DNA of 50,356 nucleotides from a virus. Lineage: Duplodnaviria; Caudoviricetes. Under the pieces are notes generated by a model, which was given only the letters and a program-made list of their open reading frames with translations, had not been told where the DNA came from and ran no database searches. The position numbers and the translations under genes were made by a program. The number at the start of each line of letters is the position of its first letter. Within the stretch, counting starts at the first letter, position 1. Shown here one piece after another: positions 43,172 through 50,356 of the stretch. The stretch lies in the IMG/VR virus record IMGVR_UViG_3300048823_000117, positions 1-50,356 of that record, one strand, 5' to 3'.

Positions 43172-43451
43172 GATCTTGGGGCCTGACAACCAATTCGACG
43201 GTCCAGCCGGCGCTCGGGCCGTCACGGCCGTGATCGAGCCGGACGGACAGCCTGTCTTATACCTCATGTGCCCAGACGGGACGTCGAAGGTTAAGTACAA
43301 CGTCAGGCTATTCAGTACCGCCCAGCCAATCCCCGAAGGCTCGGGCGAGTACGTGGCGACTTTGCGAATCCCTACCCCGGAAGTCGACCGCCGAGGCACA
43401 TTCGTAATGCACGTTTTCTGGCAACAGACGCCAATTGCCCTTGCGAACTAA
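43149..43451 (+). CDS. Hypothetical protein
   Basis: IWKF..TAQPIP..YVAT..VMHVF phage pattern. Confidence 0.6.
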   Translation: MNRIWKFKILGPDNQFDGPAGARAVTAVIEPDGQPVLYLMCPDGTSKVKYNVRLFSTAQPIPEGSGEYVATLRIPTPEVDRRGTFVMHVFWQQTPIALAN

Positions 43452-43474
43452 CCACTCAATCAAGGAGTAAAGCC

Positions 43475-43930
43475 ATGACAGCCGATGCCGCACCGACCTA
43501 TATGCTTCGATACCCTGGCGGCACCGAACAGCACGAATTCGTGCTCGCGGAGAATTACGACGCGATGAAGGCCGAACGGGATGCCGCGCGCGAGAGGATT
43601 CTCGGGTTGACAAATGAACTTGCGACAGCTAACGACGGGCTGAATGTGTGGAAGACCGAGGCAGAGCGCTTATGCAAGGATGCTGCATGGTTCCGATGGA
43701 TGATGGCCGACGCCGACCGTTGTGCCAGCATTGTGGGCGATGCCTACAACGGCTGGGATACGGACTTGTCTTGGGAAGACGCGGTGAAACGCGAGATTGA
43801 CGATTTCATCGCAGCATGTACGACCTGCGGTGGCACTGGCGAGATTGACGAGACCCTCGGCGGCATAGCCACATCAAATCCGCATGCGCCGTGTCCGGAT
43901 TGTGCAGGAGCCAAGCATGGCGACGTGTAA
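43475..43930 (+). CDS. Hypothetical protein with C-terminal DnaJ-type CxxCxGxG zinc finger
   Basis: CTTCGGTG..PCPDCAG; AAGGAG RBS. Confidence 0.65.
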   Translation: MTADAAPTYMLRYPGGTEQHEFVLAENYDAMKAERDAARERILGLTNELATANDGLNVWKTEAERLCKDAAWFRWMMADADRCASIVGDAYNGWDTDLSWEDAVKREIDDFIAACTTCGGTGEIDETLGGIATSNPHAPCPDCAGAKHGDV

Positions 43931-44132
43931 CGGCTGTGGGGGCGTCGTCGGCCGCGATTGCTGGAACCCGGTTGAGTGCGAGCAAATTGCCAATCAGATG
44001 GAGCAGAACAAGCATTATAGCCTAGAGCAGCGCGTTCAGTCGTTAGAGCAAGAGTTGGCGGAACTGCGGCGCTTGCTGCTGCCGTTGGAACGACACTCAC
44101 CTCTCAATCAAGGTGGTAAGTCTGATGGATGA
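43917..44132 (+). CDS. Hypothetical Cys-containing coiled-coil protein
   Basis: AGGAG RBS; CNGCGG..DCWNP.EC. Confidence 0.55.
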   Translation: MATCNGCGGVVGRDCWNPVECEQIANQMEQNKHYSLEQRVQSLEQELAELRRLLLPLERHSPLNQGGKSDG

Positions 44133-44307
44133 GACAGTGCACAGCACCGAGGTCTCGCGGCTCCGGGATGCGCTCCAATTGATCGCGGATGGGGTCATGT
44201 GCGAGGAACTGTTTCCGGGAGTCACAGACGATTACCACGTTAAGGCATTGACCGCCCAGACAATCGCCTTGGCCGCATTGGCCCACGAGACAGGGCCAAA
44301 GCTTTGA
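44125..44307 (+). CDS. Hypothetical protein
   Basis: Coupled short ORF. Confidence 0.5.
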   Translation: MDETVHSTEVSRLRDALQLIADGVMCEELFPGVTDDYHVKALTAQTIALAALAHETGPKL

Positions 44308-44687
44308 TCCACCTCCGCCTACCGACCGAGCACTCCTTCCTCTGGGTCTGCCCACAGTGTTCCACCACCTGGGCAGTCCTGGACTCATCCTTCGGCGGCA
44401 AGGCGCATTTCTTCCTACACGCCGAGTGCGAGTCCTGTGGCGGCGGAATCCTAACTTGCGACTTCTGGCTCGACCAGAACCCGCTCGACGACACCCTTAG
44501 CAACATCCTAGCAGTCCTCCCCTACGACATGCTCGTCCGGGAGGTTCGTTTATACTTGGAGGAACTCTTTGATGAACGTACAGGCCATCCCTTCGTCCAG
44601 CAGCCTCTCAACGCAGGCATCTGGAACGACGACCTCCCCCGCACCAGCGGATTCCTCAATTCTCAAGGGAGTGAAAGTACTCCTTGA
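44304..44687 (+). CDS. Zinc-finger hypothetical protein
   Basis: CPQC..CESC. Confidence 0.5.
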   Translation: MIHLRLPTEHSFLWVCPQCSTTWAVLDSSFGGKAHFFLHAECESCGGGILTCDFWLDQNPLDDTLSNILAVLPYDMLVREVRLYLEELFDERTGHPFVQQPLNAGIWNDDLPRTSGFLNSQGSESTP

Positions 44688-45483
44688 AGGCCCAGCCGGC
44701 ACGGGGAAGACCCACGCCCTTGGCACCCTGGTGGACACAGGTCTCGAGGTATTCTACCTATCGATCGATTCTGGCAGAGAATCGCTGGTCGGCTATTACA
44801 CCGATCGACAGAAACCCGTACCGGCTAATTTGCACTGGCACGACATCGAGACCGCCGACTGGTCGTTCGAGACGATGATCGCAGCAGCGAACAACACGCT
44901 CAACCTCACCTACGAGTCCCTGACCAAGGTCTCCGACCCGTACAAGTCCCAGTACAACCAGTACGTAAAGATGCTAACCGCGTTGCACGACTTCCCTGCC
45001 GACGACTTAGGCGGGAAGAAGTTCGGCGATGCAAGCACTTGGGGAACGAATCGAGTATTAGTGATTGATAGCCTGTCGGGCGTCAATACCTGCGTCATGT
45101 CAATGGTAGTTGGGACTAAGCCCGTCGTTAGCCCCGGTGAATGGCAAATCGGGATGCAGCATATCGAGAAGCTTGTCAAGAAGTTCATGTCGATGCGCTG
45201 CCATATGGTCTTAATCGGCCATGTTGAGCGAGAAATCGACGAAGTGGAAGGCGGGACGAAGATCACTGTCAGCACCCTTGGCAAGAAGCTCGCACCGAAG
45301 CTACCGAGCCTGTTCGGCGATGTCATAATGGCACAGCGAAAAGGTGCTACTTGGATGTGGTCTACAGCGAATTCGCAGTCGGATCTCAAAACGCGAAACC
45401 TGCCCGTCGCCGAGGGCATCAAGCCCGACTTCGGGCAGATCATCAGCAAGTGGGAATCCCGAGGTGGAAGGAGAACCCCATGA
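44569..45483 (+). CDS. Sak4-like (AAA_24) ATPase / single-strand annealing recombinase
   Basis: GPAGTGKT, VLVIDSLS, VLIGHVE, LGKKLAPKLPSLFGDV, DLKTR; located with an exonuclease and an SSB. Confidence 0.8.
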   Translation: MMNVQAIPSSSSLSTQASGTTTSPAPADSSILKGVKVLLEGPAGTGKTHALGTLVDTGLEVFYLSIDSGRESLVGYYTDRQKPVPANLHWHDIETADWSFETMIAAANNTLNLTYESLTKVSDPYKSQYNQYVKMLTALHDFPADDLGGKKFGDASTWGTNRVLVIDSLSGVNTCVMSMVVGTKPVVSPGEWQIGMQHIEKLVKKFMSMRCHMVLIGHVEREIDEVEGGTKITVSTLGKKLAPKLPSLFGDVIMAQRKGATWMWSTANSQSDLKTRNLPVAEGIKPDFGQIISKWESRGGRRTP

Positions 45484-45671
45484 CTGAGCTTCATTACGCC
45501 TCCGCAATGTTCGATATGCTTGACCGTGATGATCAAAGCGTTAAGAAGTTCATAGCATACCCCATTACTAAGGTAGTTCTCAGGTCCATTCAGAGTACGA
45601 CTAATCCTGAAGGGCATCCAATGAAAACTTTTATCGTAAATGATAAAGATGAATGGGAGCAAGTGTCGTGA
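45480..45671 (+). CDS. Hypothetical protein
   Basis: AAGGAG RBS, ATGA coupling. Confidence 0.55.
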   Translation: MTELHYASAMFDMLDRDDQSVKKFIAYPITKVVLRSIQSTTNPEGHPMKTFIVNDKDEWEQVS

Positions 45672-45961
45672 AGTTTAATCTCGGCGATCTGGTTTGGATA
45701 CGCTCACTAGGCCCCCCAGAAGACGACCCAGCAGCCGGCGAGTACCCTGGCTGCATAATAGGGCCTGCCGAATTATGGCAGATAAAGCCTGGCTTTACAG
45801 GTTATCGCTGTGAGGTCCCTTTCGATACTAAAGTCTGGATCGTGGCTGGACAGCGTCTCCGCCCCCGTAGGGACGACTACCAGCAGCACGAACCTCGAAT
45901 GACCTGGGAAGATATCAAGATCTTAGCCACAACTCCAGGGCTAGTTGAGGAACCGAGATGA
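45668..45961 (+). CDS. Hypothetical SH3-like protein
   Basis: MKFNLGDLVW..LRPR. Confidence 0.55.
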   Translation: MKFNLGDLVWIRSLGPPEDDPAAGEYPGCIIGPAELWQIKPGFTGYRCEVPFDTKVWIVAGQRLRPRRDDYQQHEPRMTWEDIKILATTPGLVEEPR

Positions 45962-46128
45962 CCTCCCCTCGTTTCGACTACCGAGCAATCAACTACTGGC
46001 GGCGCATCATGCGACCCAGTCCCGAGCAACAGGACGCCAGTCGTCCTTCGCGTCTGCGAGAAGTCCTTCGCGGTCTTTACAACTTGGCACATGGTACATT
46101 ACAAGGATCAAGGAAACATGGAAACTAA
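45958..46128 (+). CDS. Small hypothetical protein (56 aa)
   Basis: GAGG RBS, ATGA coupling; hand translation MTSPRFDYRAINYWRR.. Confidence 0.45.
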   Translation: MTSPRFDYRAINYWRRIMRPSPEQQDASRPSRLREVLRGLYNLAHGTLQGSRKHGN

Positions 46129-46591
46129 CACAGGTGGCTTTAACCCGGAACTGTTCCTGGATATGCCCACTGACAAGGCGGCCGTCCGCCGTCCGCCCGT
46201 CGCTTCGGGCCTCTCGTTCCTCGGAACAATCGGTGAGCCGAAGGCTCGGGTCGTCCAGGGCAAGCAGGATGCGTCGAAGACCTACGTCTTCTGCGACATT
46301 CCAATTACCCTGGACCTGTCCACAAGCCCGTCGGAAGTCCATCGTATCGGCATCGACAAGGTCACCCTCCGCCACGGTATCAGCCTCGACATTGGTGACG
46401 ACGGCCAGCTCGACTGGTCGACCGGCCGCAATCGGGGTCTCGCTCAGTACCGGGAGGCCCTTGGCCTGAACGACGACGGGCGAACTTTTACCCCTCGTAT
46501 GCTGCAGGGGCGAATCGTCCGGGCGAAAGTCAAGCATCGTACCAACGAAGGCGAAATTTATGATGACATCGACTCGGTAGCGAAGCCGTAA
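46118..46591 (+). CDS. Single-stranded DNA-binding protein (DUF669-like)
   Basis: FNPELFLD..N.GLAQYREALGLN..PRMLQGR..VKHR..EIYD; position after the Sak4-like gene. Confidence 0.65.
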   Translation: METNTGGFNPELFLDMPTDKAAVRRPPVASGLSFLGTIGEPKARVVQGKQDASKTYVFCDIPITLDLSTSPSEVHRIGIDKVTLRHGISLDIGDDGQLDWSTGRNRGLAQYREALGLNDDGRTFTPRMLQGRIVRAKVKHRTNEGEIYDDIDSVAKP

Positions 46592-46821
46592 TGGCCAAGG
46601 GTCCACTCCCGGACTACCGTCTGTCGGCTCTCAACAAGTCGACCGACGAGACTCGGAACATCGGGGCGGCCTGGAATAAACCCCACGGGCGCATCAGCAT
46701 CAAGCTCGATGCGTTCACGGTCTTGCAGTCCAGCCCCGACCTAATCATCACTCTCTTCCCAGCTAACGAGCGGGATAAGAAGCGAATGACCGAGGAACCT
46801 GTCCGGGAAGAGCCGTTCTAA
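46591..46821 (+). CDS. DUF736-like small protein
   Basis: PDYR..IGAAW....ISIKLD; acidic EEPF tail. Confidence 0.6.
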   Translation: MAKGPLPDYRLSALNKSTDETRNIGAAWNKPHGRISIKLDAFTVLQSSPDLIITLFPANERDKKRMTEEPVREEPF

Positions 46822-46828
46822 GCGAATC

Positions 46829-46858
46829 GACGGCAGGGAATTGGCCCTGCCGTCTTTT
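46829..46858 (+). terminator. Rho-independent terminator
   Basis: GACGGCAGGG-AATTGG-CCCTGCCGTC-TTTT. Confidence 0.8.
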
Positions 46859-46870
46859 GGGGGAACAAGG

Positions 46871-47047
46871 TTGAAAAAGTGTTACCATTGCAAACGCATA
46901 ATCTGGCCGTGGCAGGCTCGTTCGTACAGCACGATACCAGAGCACAAACGGTGCGCTGTATTAGCGTTCATCCATGATGCTTACAGAGATCTCCCTATTA
47001 CACAGGCAAGTAACCAAATTGCCCTGTACAGGGAGAGCCAAAAGTGA
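46871..47047 (+). CDS. Small Cys/His hypothetical protein
   Basis: CYHCKRIIWPWQ..HKRC. Confidence 0.5.
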   Translation: MKKCYHCKRIIWPWQARSYSTIPEHKRCAVLAFIHDAYRDLPITQASNQIALYRESQK

Positions 47048-48366
47048 AAGTCCATCTGATCGACTTCGAAGAACTCCACATCGAGGAGGGCCGGCAACGA
47101 AAGGACATCTCCGCTGAGGCGATCCTCGAACTGGCCGGCAGCATAACCCACAACGGCCTGATCCACGCTTGTGTAGTCCGCCTTGACGACGAAAACCGAA
47201 CTGTCCTCGTCGCAGGCGAACGTCGTGTAAAAGCGATGGAATACATCTGGAATTTCGGCCAGTCGGTTCGCTATGGCGAATACGATATACCTGCTTATAA
47301 GATCCCGTGTAACTACCTCGGCGAGATCGACCCGATAGCGGCGTTCGAGATTGAGCTTGAGGAAAATATTCGACGTAAGGATATAAGTTGGCAGGAGAGA
47401 GCCCAAGCGGTCGCTCGCCTGGCCAAACTTAAATCTGAACTTGAAGGGGAAGAGCCCTCACCGGCGAGGCTCGCCGAGACCCTAGGGCTGTCCGTCAGTG
47501 GTGGCGGTGGGGGCACCCCTGCCCAAGACGTCCGACAGGACCTCATCCTCGCTCGCCATATGGCCGACCCGGATATCGCGAAGGCGGCTAGCCGGTCGGA
47601 TGCGTTTAAGATCCTCAAGCGCAAGGAAGAAGTAACCCAGAACGCCGCCCTCGGCGCAGCGATCAGCACTCAGACCCTCGCCAACGAGCATAAGCTCCTA
47701 AAGGGGAACTGTCTTGAAATCCTACCTACCCTCCCTGATGCTAGCTTCGACGTTATCCTTAGTGATCCTCCTTATGGCATGGAAGCCCAGGACTTCGGGG
47801 ATTCCGGCGGAACGGGTGGTGCAGTGGGCGGGCACTTCTACGACGACACCCACGACAACTGGATCCGTCTCATGTCTGGCTTGGCAGCAGCGATCGACCG
47901 ACTCGCCAAGCCTCAAGCGCACTTATACCTGTTCTGTGACATCGACAGATTTGCGGCGCTGCGAGATTTCATCGGCGCCAGTGGCGTGTGGAAGTGCTTC
48001 CGCACCCCGCTGATTTGGTTCAACCCAGGAGGTTCTCGTGCACCTTGGCCACAAAACGGACCCCAACGTAAGTCGCAGTATATACTCTATGCTGTCCGGG
48101 GTTCAAAGCCTGTTATTAGTATGCTTGGCGACGTCCTTACTCACGGAAGCGATTCTAACCTTGGACACCACGCACAGAAGCCTGTATCGTTATATAACGA
48201 TTTGCTTCGCCGTAGCGTGCGCCCTGGAGATTCCGTGCTGGATCCTTTTTGCGGGACTGGTACGATCTTCCCGGCCGCCCACGCGCTGAAATGCAAAGCA
48301 ACGGCAATCGAAATGGACGACATGGCCCTTGGAATAGCAGCCGCCCGGCTGAAGGAACTAAAGTGA
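47044..48366 (+). CDS. ParB-like N-terminal domain fused to an amino (N6A/N4C) DNA methyltransferase, beta class
   Basis: RQR..ELAGSI..GLIH..LVAGERRVKA..ELEENIRR and an HTH-like region; SDPPY, HHAQKP, VLDPFCGTG. Confidence 0.9.
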   Translation: MKVHLIDFEELHIEEGRQRKDISAEAILELAGSITHNGLIHACVVRLDDENRTVLVAGERRVKAMEYIWNFGQSVRYGEYDIPAYKIPCNYLGEIDPIAAFEIELEENIRRKDISWQERAQAVARLAKLKSELEGEEPSPARLAETLGLSVSGGGGGTPAQDVRQDLILARHMADPDIAKAASRSDAFKILKRKEEVTQNAALGAAISTQTLANEHKLLKGNCLEILPTLPDASFDVILSDPPYGMEAQDFGDSGGTGGAVGGHFYDDTHDNWIRLMSGLAAAIDRLAKPQAHLYLFCDIDRFAALRDFIGASGVWKCFRTPLIWFNPGGSRAPWPQNGPQRKSQYILYAVRGSKPVISMLGDVLTHGSDSNLGHHAQKPVSLYNDLLRRSVRPGDSVLDPFCGTGTIFPAAHALKCKATAIEMDDMALGIAAARLKELK

Positions 48367-48695
48367 CCCCCGACAATAAACTCGCCGCGCTGGAACGCGC
48401 CTTCGAAGCCCGCATGATCGACCTTATGAAGGCAACCGATGGGGCTGGTCTCAAGATCATGCTTACACCTCACAGACCAATAACACCAGGAGTTAACCCA
48501 TTAACTGTCCCAGGCAGCGGCATACCAATGCCAGAGGACTTTGTTAAGCAGATCAACACACTGATGTGTAAAGTCGGCGACGTTCATATAGCGTATCGTG
48601 GAGAGGAAGCTCTCGCCCGCAACATCGGCCTATTAGCCGCCGCTTGGGAAGCCGCCGTACGGTACTGGGACTTTAAGAAGGAGGTAGCAAAGTGA
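48363..48695 (+). CDS. Hypothetical protein
   Basis: AAGGA RBS, GTGA coupling. Confidence 0.55.
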   Translation: MTPDNKLAALERAFEARMIDLMKATDGAGLKIMLTPHRPITPGVNPLTVPGSGIPMPEDFVKQINTLMCKVGDVHIAYRGEEALARNIGLLAAAWEAAVRYWDFKKEVAK

Positions 48696-48901
48696 CAACC
48701 GCCGACCCAATCAACCCTGCCCATTACAAAGCCCACCCCTCTGGAATCGAGTGCATCGAAGTAACTCGGCACTTCAACTTCAACCTCGGCAACGCCATCA
48801 AGTACATCTGGCGAAGCGGCCATAAGGCCAATACCCTGCAGGACCTCAAAAAAGCCCAGTGGTATATTGAAGATGAAATCAAACGCCTGGAGAGCCGCTA
48901 A
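48692..48901 (+). CDS. DUF3310 (SaV / T7 gp1.7-like) protein
   Basis: DPINPAHY..IECIEV..FNLGNAIKYIWR.G.K...DLKKA.WYI. Confidence 0.85.
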   Translation: MTTADPINPAHYKAHPSGIECIEVTRHFNFNLGNAIKYIWRSGHKANTLQDLKKAQWYIEDEIKRLESR

Positions 48902-48902
48902 G

Positions 48903-49097
48903 ATGGCTAACTCATTCGACTCGGCCGGCAACCAGCACTTCACCCGTTATGGCGAGTGGGAAGTTGCTTGTCGGAAGCGCGGCTTACAAGGCCCCGTCGA
49001 TAGCGACTCCGGTAAGCACTTCCTCAACTCGTTCGGCGAGGTCAAGGGCACGTGGAACTCGGTCGGCGGGACAAGTACAGGGGTATTACTTAAATGA
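48903..49097 (+). CDS. Hypothetical protein
   Basis: GGAG RBS, ATG at 48903. Confidence 0.55.
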   Translation: MANSFDSAGNQHFTRYGEWEVACRKRGLQGPVDSDSGKHFLNSFGEVKGTWNSVGGTSTGVLLK

Positions 49098-49465
49098 GCC
49101 AAATAGACGAGTCCCGCTACATGCTCCATATGAACCCGTACCAAGGCAACACACTGAAAGCGCTGTTTGTCTGTTCGGGCGGAATCCTTCGATCGCCGAC
49201 CGCCGCCCACTTCGCCCATAAGAAGCTTGGCTGGAATACTCGATCAGCCGGAATCTTAGTTGATGCAGTCCCACAAGTCACAGGAACATTACTTCGTTGG
49301 GCCGATCACATTTTTTGTTTGGAGCGTAAACATGAAAGCTGGATCGTCGAGCATGGAGGGGATCAGTATCTAAATAAGATAACTGTGCTCGATATACCAG
49401 ATAACTTTAGGTATGGAGACGAAGAGCTACTTCGGTTGCTTGATACACATTCAGAACTGAAATGA
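49094..49465 (+). CDS. Low-molecular-weight protein-tyrosine-phosphatase-like protein
   Basis: LFVCSGGILRSPTA (CX5RS), TRSAG, WADHIF, LDIPD. Confidence 0.85.
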   Translation: MSQIDESRYMLHMNPYQGNTLKALFVCSGGILRSPTAAHFAHKKLGWNTRSAGILVDAVPQVTGTLLRWADHIFCLERKHESWIVEHGGDQYLNKITVLDIPDNFRYGDEELLRLLDTHSELK

Positions 49466-49884
49466 GACCACCCGACTTAATCATCGGTACCAAGGATGAC
49501 CACTACCTCTATCGTTGGCACCTGATCAAGACCCGCTGGCTAAAAATCTACCTACACAAAATCCTTCGGTCGGACGACGAGCGAGCCTTACACGACCACC
49601 CTTGGCATAACATATCAGTCATCCTAAAGGGTGGTTATAAAGAAATCCAAGGCATTCCCTGTGGTGAACGCTGGTACTACCGCCGACCAGGGAATGTAAT
49701 ATTCCGCCGAGCAACTCTACCACATCGATTGGTAGTCTTGAACAAAGAGCCTTGTTGGAGCCTATTTATAACCGGCCCGACTATTCGAGAGTGGGGGTTC
49801 CATTGCGCTCGTGGCTGGCAGCATCACGACAAGATGGTTGAATATAAAGACGGTTACTCTATGCCCAAGGGCGGCTGTCCGTGA
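49462..49884 (+). CDS. Cupin/double-stranded beta-helix protein
   Basis: YLHKILRSD..LHDHPW..GGY.E..HRL..WSLFITG..EWGF. Confidence 0.75.
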   Translation: MRPPDLIIGTKDDHYLYRWHLIKTRWLKIYLHKILRSDDERALHDHPWHNISVILKGGYKEIQGIPCGERWYYRRPGNVIFRRATLPHRLVVLNKEPCWSLFITGPTIREWGFHCARGWQHHDKMVEYKDGYSMPKGGCP

Positions 49885-50356
49885 CCAAGGTCCTAATCGT
49901 AGGGGAGGCTCCGGGAGCTGATGAAGAAACATTACAAAGGCCCTTCGTCGGCGTCTCCGGTTGTGAACTCGCCCGCATGTGCGGCGAAGCCGGGTTCCGA
50001 ACCGCCACGACCAGTTGGTCGCCCGCCCTTGGCAAGTACGCCGCCGACTGGTCGGCGTCCGAGTTCACACTTACAAACGTATGCCAGACGCGTCCGCCGG
50101 GCAACGATATTACAGCGTTCTTTGCTAAAGCCAAAAAGGATCGGACGACCTCCCACAAATTACTCCGAGACCGTTATGTTCTTCCTCCGATTAGAGAAGG
50201 ATTCGCCCTTCTTGGCGAAACGATTACCCGCGAGTCGCCGAACCTTATTATTGCAACAGGCAATACGCCGATGTGGGCCCTTACAGGACGCTTTGGTATT
50301 ACAAAATGGCGCGGCAGCCAATTGTACACCGACGGCCAATGCGGACCAGCCGGAAT
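49881..50356 (+). CDS. N-terminal family-4-like uracil-DNA glycosylase domain of the DNA polymerase (continues through the join to 2201)
   Basis: Hand translation MTKVLIVGEAPGADEE...PFVGVSG..TNVCQTRPPGND..PNLIIATGN, in frame with MWALTG at 42. Confidence 0.9.
   Translation, partial: MTKVLIVGEAPGADEETLQRPFVGVSGCELARMCGEAGFRTATTSWSPALGKYAADWSASEFTLTNVCQTRPPGNDITAFFAKAKKDRTTSHKLLRDRYVLPPIREGFALLGETITRESPNLIIATGNTPMWALTGRFGITKWRGSQLYTDGQCGPAG
50230..50356. repeat. Terminal direct repeat, copy 2
   Basis: Identical to 1-127. Confidence 0.95.

Noticed and set aside
49049-49058. Second parS (CACGTGGAAC)
   Set aside because: Only a partial match, inside a coding region.
70-50158. Numerous antisense and alternate-frame ORFs in the track (e.g. 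1008-1823, 7839-8360, 27685-28185, 39369-39917, 44910-45662)
   Set aside because: They shadow well-supported coupled genes in GC-rich DNA and lack RBSs or motifs.
50230-50356. 127-bp terminal repeat as a biological direct terminal repeat
   Set aside because: It falls inside the polymerase gene and equals a common assembler k-mer, so it indicates circular assembly rather than virion ends.
1-50356. Integrase/repressor lysogeny module, tape measure, diversity-generating retroelement or stop-codon reassignment
   Set aside because: No recombinase, reverse transcriptase or tape-measure-like ORF was seen, and genes are intact and tightly packed under the standard code.

Overview
This window appears to be a complete, circularly assembled dsDNA bacteriophage genome of about 50,229 bp; bases 1-127 repeat exactly at 50230-50356, most likely an assembler overlap. 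It has two divergent arms that start from a non-coding control region at about 33.4-34.3 kb. The minus-strand arm (33.4 kb down to 3.7 kb) holds, in order: putative TerS, five Sec-signal-peptide proteins (two with clan GH-A glycoside-hydrolase motifs), TerL, portal, GroES, scaffold, major capsid, P22-like short-tail and ejection proteins, a PurD-like ATP-grasp ligase, a sixth signal-peptide fibre protein and a lysis cassette. That cassette has an SLT endolysin, holin candidates, an alpha/beta hydrolase and a DUF3309-like peptide, but no recognisable spanin. The plus-strand arm (34.3 kb through the join to 3.7 kb) holds many small early genes, a Cas4-like exonuclease/Sak4-like ATPase/SSB recombination module, a ParB-methyltransferase fusion, DUF3310, an LMW-phosphatase and a cupin. 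It ends with a uracil-DNA-glycosylase/family-A polymerase fusion that spans the join and a DUF3987-like P-loop protein. I found no integrase, CI-like repressor, primase, tape measure or tRNA, so the phage is podovirus-like with a probably proteobacterial host. The most striking signals are: (1) about 450 bp at the head of the early arm packed with host-protein binding sites (two Fur boxes, three PhaR-like sites, a perfect parS, a sigma54 -24/-12 site, further dyads); (2) six late fibre/glycosidase-like proteins with cleavable signal peptides, several sharing Cys modules; (3) a 40-bp phage-specific dyad at four intergenic sites; (4) a cloverleaf RNA with complementary loops at 41.54-41.67 kb. 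All family calls come from motifs recognised by eye; no database searches were run.
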